Assembly: GCA_003153935.1 (NCBI GenBank)
Contig: PMCA01000034.1
Coordinates: 561-64,560 of the forward strand
Direction: 5' to 3'
Source of the DNA: Elusimicrobiota bacterium
GTDB lineage: Bacteria; CAYTYR01; UBA6262
Length of the DNA stretch: 64,000 nt
Made by a program: the position numbers and the translations under genes. The notes below the pieces were generated by a model that searched no databases, had not been told where the DNA came from, and was given only the letters and a program-made list of their open reading frames with translations. Position 1 is the first letter of the stretch. Each line of letters opens with the position of its first letter. Shown here piece after piece: positions 59,556-64,000 of this stretch.

Positions 59556-60145
59556 TGCTGACGATTGTCTGGGATGTTGATGATGTGCTTAATGACCTTA
59601 TGCATGCCTGGTTTAAGCATAGCTGGTTAGCTGATCATCCAGATGGTAAAATCAGATACGAAGATTTGACGGGAAACCCGCCGCATCATTTATTAGGAAT
59701 GACCAGACAACAGTATTTACGCTCACTCGATGCTTTCCGTAATTCCGCCAGGGGTCAAGCTATGCTCCCGAACGCGGCGCTTTTAAAATGGTTTCATGTT
59801 TACGGACATTTGGCCAGGCATGTAGCTTTGACCAGCAGGCCGCTTAATACCGTGCCGCTTCTGTCGCAATGGGTTTTCCGGCATTTCGGGGTTTGGATCA
59901 GGACCTTCGCATTTGTGCCGGCGCGCGCTGATAAAGCTATTCCCTTTTATGACCGCGATAAACGCGGGTATCTGAAATGGCTGGCTAAAACCGATGTATT
60001 GGTGGATGATAGTACGGAGAATATTAAAGACGCCAGGGATTTGGGAATAAAAGGCTTATTATATCCCAGGACCTGGAATCGAAGCGACTTGACGGTTGAT
60101 CAGCTTTTAAGGATCTTGACGCAAGAGGTTAAAGCCAAAAAGTAA
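59555..60145 (+). CDS. HAD-superfamily phosphatase (5'(3')-nucleotidase-like)
   Basis: WDVDDVL (DxD), LTSRP, VLVDD. Confidence 0.72.
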   Translation: MLTIVWDVDDVLNDLMHAWFKHSWLADHPDGKIRYEDLTGNPPHHLLGMTRQQYLRSLDAFRNSARGQAMLPNAALLKWFHVYGHLARHVALTSRPLNTVPLLSQWVFRHFGVWIRTFAFVPARADKAIPFYDRDKRGYLKWLAKTDVLVDDSTENIKDARDLGIKGLLYPRTWNRSDLTVDQLLRILTQEVKAKK

Positions 60146-60153
60146 AGGAAACC

Positions 60154-61953
60154 ATGATTAAATTATCCGACTATGTAATCAAATTTGTGGCAGAACAAAA
60201 AGTTAAACACATTTTCATGTTTCCCGGCGGCGGCGCCATGCATTTAGTTGATTCCGCCGGTAAATGTCCGGGTTTGGAATTTGTCTGTAACCTGCATGAA
60301 CAGGCTTGCGCTATTTGTGCCGAGGCTTACAGCCAGTGTTCCGGCAATTTGGGGGTCGCTTTGGTGACCACCGGCCCTGGCGGCACTAATGCTGTTACCG
60401 GTGTAGCCGGAGCCTGGATCGATTCAACGCCAATGATGATTTTCTCCGGGCAGGTTAAAAGGGCCGACCTGGCTGCCGGCCGCGGGGTACGCCAGATGGG
60501 TCCGCAGGAGATAGACATCATTTCTATAGTTAAGCCAATTACTAAGTACGCCGTTACGGTAGATGATCCTGAAGATATCCGTTATCACTTGGAAAAGGCG
60601 TTGTCTCTGGCTAAAAGCGGGCGGCCGGGTCCGGTATGGCTGGATATCCCGTTAGACGTGCAATCAGCAATGGTCGATGAAAGAAGATTGAAAAGTTTTT
60701 CGCCTAAAGAGAAACCCAGGCTCACTAAGGCATTACGCGGTAAAATTACCAAAGCGATAGGACTTATTAATCAGGCTCAGCGGCCGGTGATAATTGCCGG
60801 TAACGGCGTGCGTTTAGCCGGCGCGTTAGCTGATTTTCGTGCACTTGCTGATTTTTTGGATATACCGGTGCTAACTACCTGGAAGGCTATTGATTTTCTT
60901 CCCCAGGATCACCGTTTATATGCCGGCCGGCCAGGCATAATAGGACAACGCGGGGCTAATTTTGTACAACAGAACAGCGATTGCCTGATTATGCTGGGTG
61001 CGCGCATGGATCTTTTACAATTAGCTTTTGACCATAAACATTTCGCTCGCGCAGCCAAAAAAATAATGGTGGAAATCGATCCCAATGAGATCAAAAAAAT
61101 GACTGCTAAAATAGATTTGCCCATTTGCGCTGACGCGGGTTTAGCCATCAGGGAGTTTTTAAGAGCCGGAAAGAAGATAAAATCGCCGGATCGTTCACCC
61201 TGGATAAACCGCTGCCAGGAATGGAACAAAGAATATCCCGTTATATTGCCGCAATATTGGGAAGAGGAGGATATAGTTAATGTTTATGTCCTGATCGATG
61301 TCCTATCCGACGCCTTAACCAAAAAAGACGTGGTAGTCCCGGGCAGCTCAGGCCAGTGCAGCGAAATATTTATGCAGTCATTCAGGGTCAAAGAGGGCCA
61401 ACGTATTTTAAACACTCCGGGTTTAGGCGCCATGGGGTTTGGTTTGCCGGCCAGTATAGGCGCCTGTTTAGCTGCTGGCCAGCGCCGGACCATATGTATC
61501 AACGGCGACGGCGGTTTCCAATTGAACATCCAGGAACTGGAAACCGTGCGCAGGTTAAATCTGCCCATAAAATATTTTATTTTAAATAATCACGGATACG
61601 CTTCGATCAAAGCTACCCAGAAAAATAGTTTTTCCGGGCATTATGTAGCCTGCGATGTTGCCAGCGGTTTAAGCCTGCCTGATATCGCCAAGTTAGCCAA
61701 GGCTTACGATATTAAGACCGCTAGCCTGGAAAATCATACTAATATCAGGGAAAAGATAAGGGAAATATTAGAAACCCCCGGTCCGGTTATCTGCAATGTT
61801 AATGTTTCTATAAGCCAGACGGTGGCGCCAAAAGTCATTTCCAAATTGAACCCCGACGGCTCCGTAGTATCGAAGCCCATGGAAGACATGTGGCCGTTTC
61901 TTGACCGTGAAGAGTTTAAGAAAAACATGATCATAAAGCCCTTAAAAGAATAA
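60154..61953 (+). CDS. ThDP-dependent acetolactate-synthase-like enzyme (YerE-like)
   Basis: PGGGAMHL, HEQA, TTGPGGTN, SGQV, GDGG...NN ThDP motif; embedded in a sugar cluster with no regulatory subunit. Confidence 0.85.
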   Translation: MIKLSDYVIKFVAEQKVKHIFMFPGGGAMHLVDSAGKCPGLEFVCNLHEQACAICAEAYSQCSGNLGVALVTTGPGGTNAVTGVAGAWIDSTPMMIFSGQVKRADLAAGRGVRQMGPQEIDIISIVKPITKYAVTVDDPEDIRYHLEKALSLAKSGRPGPVWLDIPLDVQSAMVDERRLKSFSPKEKPRLTKALRGKITKAIGLINQAQRPVIIAGNGVRLAGALADFRALADFLDIPVLTTWKAIDFLPQDHRLYAGRPGIIGQRGANFVQQNSDCLIMLGARMDLLQLAFDHKHFARAAKKIMVEIDPNEIKKMTAKIDLPICADAGLAIREFLRAGKKIKSPDRSPWINRCQEWNKEYPVILPQYWEEEDIVNVYVLIDVLSDALTKKDVVVPGSSGQCSEIFMQSFRVKEGQRILNTPGLGAMGFGLPASIGACLAAGQRRTICINGDGGFQLNIQELETVRRLNLPIKYFILNNHGYASIKATQKNSFSGHYVACDVASGLSLPDIAKLAKAYDIKTASLENHTNIREKIREILETPGPVICNVNVSISQTVAPKVISKLNPDGSVVSKPMEDMWPFLDREEFKKNMIIKPLKE

Positions 61954-62005
61954 GAAAACCGTTTATCCGTGCGCGGCAGTAATTCATATGATAAAGAGGT
62001 AATTT

Positions 62006-62884
62006 GTGCGAGTATTTTTAACCGGAGGGTCGGGATTTACCGGCCGTAATTTGCTTGAGCAGATGCGGGGCCGCTATGAAATACTGGCTCCCGGGCATAA
62101 AGAACTGGAATTGCTTGATGAGGATGCAGTCAAAAGTTTTATTAAAGGGAATAAAATTGATGTAGTAGTACATGCGGCTATTAAGCCGTTGCATCGCAAT
62201 GCCAAAGACACGGTTGATTTAGTTAACAATAATATCCGGATATTTTTTAATATAGCCCGCAATAACGCATATTTTAAAAAGATGGTCTATATAAGCTCGG
62301 GTGCTATTTACGATAAACGTTATTATCAACCTAAAATGAAAGAGGATTATTTTGATGCGCACGTGCCGGCTGATGATACGGGGTTGTATAAATATGCCGT
62401 GGCAAAATATATCGAGAAAGCTGATAATATAACAGAATTGCGGCCGTTCGGCATTTTCGGTAAAAACGAAGATTACGCTATCAGGTTTATTTCCAATATG
62501 ATCTGCAAGGCTATTTTTGATCTGCCTTTGACCATGCACCAGAACCGCAGGTTTGATTACCTGTATGTCAATGATCTGTCCCAGGTGGTCGAATATTTCA
62601 TTGAACATAACGGCCGGTATAAAGCCTATAACGTTACGCCGGATGATTCCATAGAACTGTATCAATTGGCGCAGCTGGTATTGAGAGTTGCCGGAAAAGA
62701 CTTGCCGATAGCGGTAGTCAGGGAAGATATGGGACCGGAATACACTGGGGATAACACCCGGTTGCGTAAGGAGATGCCGGGTGTCCTGTTTACTCCGTTC
62801 GAAACCGCGGTAAAGGAATTGTATGATTGGTATCTTGCCAACCGGCAAATGATCGATAAAAATGTGTTGCTGGTGGATAAGTAA
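62006..62884 (+). CDS. NAD-dependent epimerase/reductase (SDR)
   Basis: TGGSGFTG, SSGAIY, YKYAVAK, RPFGIFG, DYLYVND. Confidence 0.85.
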   Translation: MRVFLTGGSGFTGRNLLEQMRGRYEILAPGHKELELLDEDAVKSFIKGNKIDVVVHAAIKPLHRNAKDTVDLVNNNIRIFFNIARNNAYFKKMVYISSGAIYDKRYYQPKMKEDYFDAHVPADDTGLYKYAVAKYIEKADNITELRPFGIFGKNEDYAIRFISNMICKAIFDLPLTMHQNRRFDYLYVNDLSQVVEYFIEHNGRYKAYNVTPDDSIELYQLAQLVLRVAGKDLPIAVVREDMGPEYTGDNTRLRKEMPGVLFTPFETAVKELYDWYLANRQMIDKNVLLVDK

Positions 62885-62914
62885 GGGGAAATCTATGAAA
62901 CAAGAAAAGATCCA

Positions 62915-63385
62915 ATGAACCGTTTTAAGGAGAAATTAGCGCAGGTAAGCGGTAACCATGGGATGAAAATGCGTTTTGCCATGGTGGGCGCCTGGAATAC
63001 GGTTTTTGGTTACGGCGTGTTTTGGTTTTTGGATAATTTTTTCGCTGCTAATTTGAAATCACGAGTTGCGGCCTATATGTGGGCAACTGCGCTTAGCCAG
63101 GTTACAGCAGTTATTAATGCGTTCATTTTTCATAAATATGTAACCTTTAAATCACAGGTTAGAGGTTCGGGAATTGTACTAGAATTCTTTCGTTTCTGTT
63201 TGACATACGTAGTTACTTTTTTTCTGGGTCTGTTATTAATGCCCTTTTTTGTGGAAGTGTTTTCTTTCGATCCGAAAGTATCCGCCGCCTTAATTATTGC
63301 CATTTGCACGGCAGTTAGCTATTTTGGGCATTTTAAGTTTTCCTTTAATCAACCAGGTAAAAACAAAGGGACAGGCGATCAGTAG
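62915..63385 (+). CDS. GtrA family membrane protein
   Basis: RFAMVGAWNTVFGY, FIFHKYVTF, four TM segments. Confidence 0.85.
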   Translation: MNRFKEKLAQVSGNHGMKMRFAMVGAWNTVFGYGVFWFLDNFFAANLKSRVAAYMWATALSQVTAVINAFIFHKYVTFKSQVRGSGIVLEFFRFCLTYVVTFFLGLLLMPFFVEVFSFDPKVSAALIIAICTAVSYFGHFKFSFNQPGKNKGTGDQ

Positions 63386-63404
63386 ATAAGCAAAGGGGAA
63401 GTCT

Positions 63405-64000
63405 ATGAGTCAGGAAAAGATCCTGCGTAATGAGATCCGGAAATTGGTGAAAAAATATTACGCGGTTAAACCTAAAGAAAGGTTTATTCCCGGCCAGACG
63501 TACGTTAATTATGCCGGCCGCGTATATGATGAAAAAGAATTAGTTTCGCTGGTGGATTCGTCTTTAGATTTCTGGCTTACCGCTGATAAATATGCCAGGG
63601 AGTTCGAACGAAAACTGGCTGCTTTCCTGGGAGTTAAATATACGCTGCTGACTAATTCCGGTTCCTCGGCTAATTTATTGGCTATTTCCGCCCTAACTTC
63701 ACCCTTGCTTAAAGAAAGACAATTGAAACCGGGTGATGAAGTGATAACCACGGCCTGCGGTTTTCCTACTACCTTGAATCCGATCCTGCAAAATAACCTG
63801 GTCCCGGTTTTCATCGATGTCGAGCTGGGAACATATAATATCAGGACTGACCTGCTGGAAAAAGCCCTTAGTGGGAAAACTAAGGCTGTTTTCGTGCCAC
63901 ATACTTTGGGAAATCCTGCAGCTATAGAGGTTATTTCCAGTTTTTGCCGCAAACATAACCTGTGGTTCGTGGAAGACAATTCCGACGCTCTCGGGTCAAA
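63405..64000 (+). CDS. rfbH: CDP-4-keto-6-deoxyglucose 3-dehydrase RfbH/DdhC (3' end outside the window; not in the ORF track)
   Basis: Manual translation FIPGQTYVNYAGRVYD..SSLDFWLT..TNSGSSANLLA..GDEVITTACGFPTT..HTLGNP..EDNSDALGS. Confidence 0.9.
   Translation, partial: MSQEKILRNEIRKLVKKYYAVKPKERFIPGQTYVNYAGRVYDEKELVSLVDSSLDFWLTADKYAREFERKLAAFLGVKYTLLTNSGSSANLLAISALTSPLLKERQLKPGDEVITTACGFPTTLNPILQNNLVPVFIDVELGTYNIRTDLLEKALSGKTKAVFVPHTLGNPAAIEVISSFCRKHNLWFVEDNSDALGS

Noticed and set aside
60154-61953. Branched-chain amino acid acetolactate synthase (ilvB)
   Set aside because: No ilvN/ilvC/ilvD neighbours; the context is a CDP-sugar cluster.
1-64000. tRNA, rRNA, riboswitch, prophage or IS genes
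   Set aside because: Intergenic gaps are short and no such signatures were recognised by eye; a small riboswitch could be missed without a covariance-model search.

Overview
A gene-dense 64 kb bacterial chromosome segment. Every supportable gene is on the + strand; no rRNA, tRNA, CRISPR array or transposase was found. An LptD-like protein and a second beta-barrel point to a diderm organism, but the lineage cannot be fixed from this window. Order: rplU(partial)-rpmA-obgE-proB; an uncharacterised envelope/DNA-handling block (DUF3006-like, exported ComEC-type metallo-beta-lactamase, exported tandem-SpoVG protein, stand-alone 7TM protein, ComEA-HhH/beta-barrel fusion); larB and an N-terminal-only larC; atypical pseudopilin-HAMP-PilZ; tandem-domain thyX, ferritin-like protein, suhB; polA-mutM-coaE; rho-rpmE-DUF1385-chromate transporter-prfA-prmC-murA; hisDCBHA-orf-hisFI; trpEG-Trm112-like-trpDC-trpB2-trpF-trpB1-trpA; accD-folC; orphan MalK-type ATPase, ROK kinase, LptD-like; then about 18.6 kb of nucleotide-sugar genes running off the end (GDP-sugar SDR, dTDP-rhamnose, two unknown paralogues, ugd/uxs, and a CDP-dideoxy/branched-sugar block with C-methyltransferase, radical SAM, NeuB-cupin fusion, HAD and ThDP enzymes). 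Most interesting: (1) the possible non-canonical DNA-uptake locus at 2960-7345; (2) a 100-bp covarying palindromic repeat family around mutM; (3) heptamer repeats both intergenic and inserted in frame in prmC, hisH and folC; (4) the unusual branched/higher-carbon sugar pathway; (5) TrpB1 and TrpB2 in one operon. All assignments come from motif recognition by eye, without database searches.
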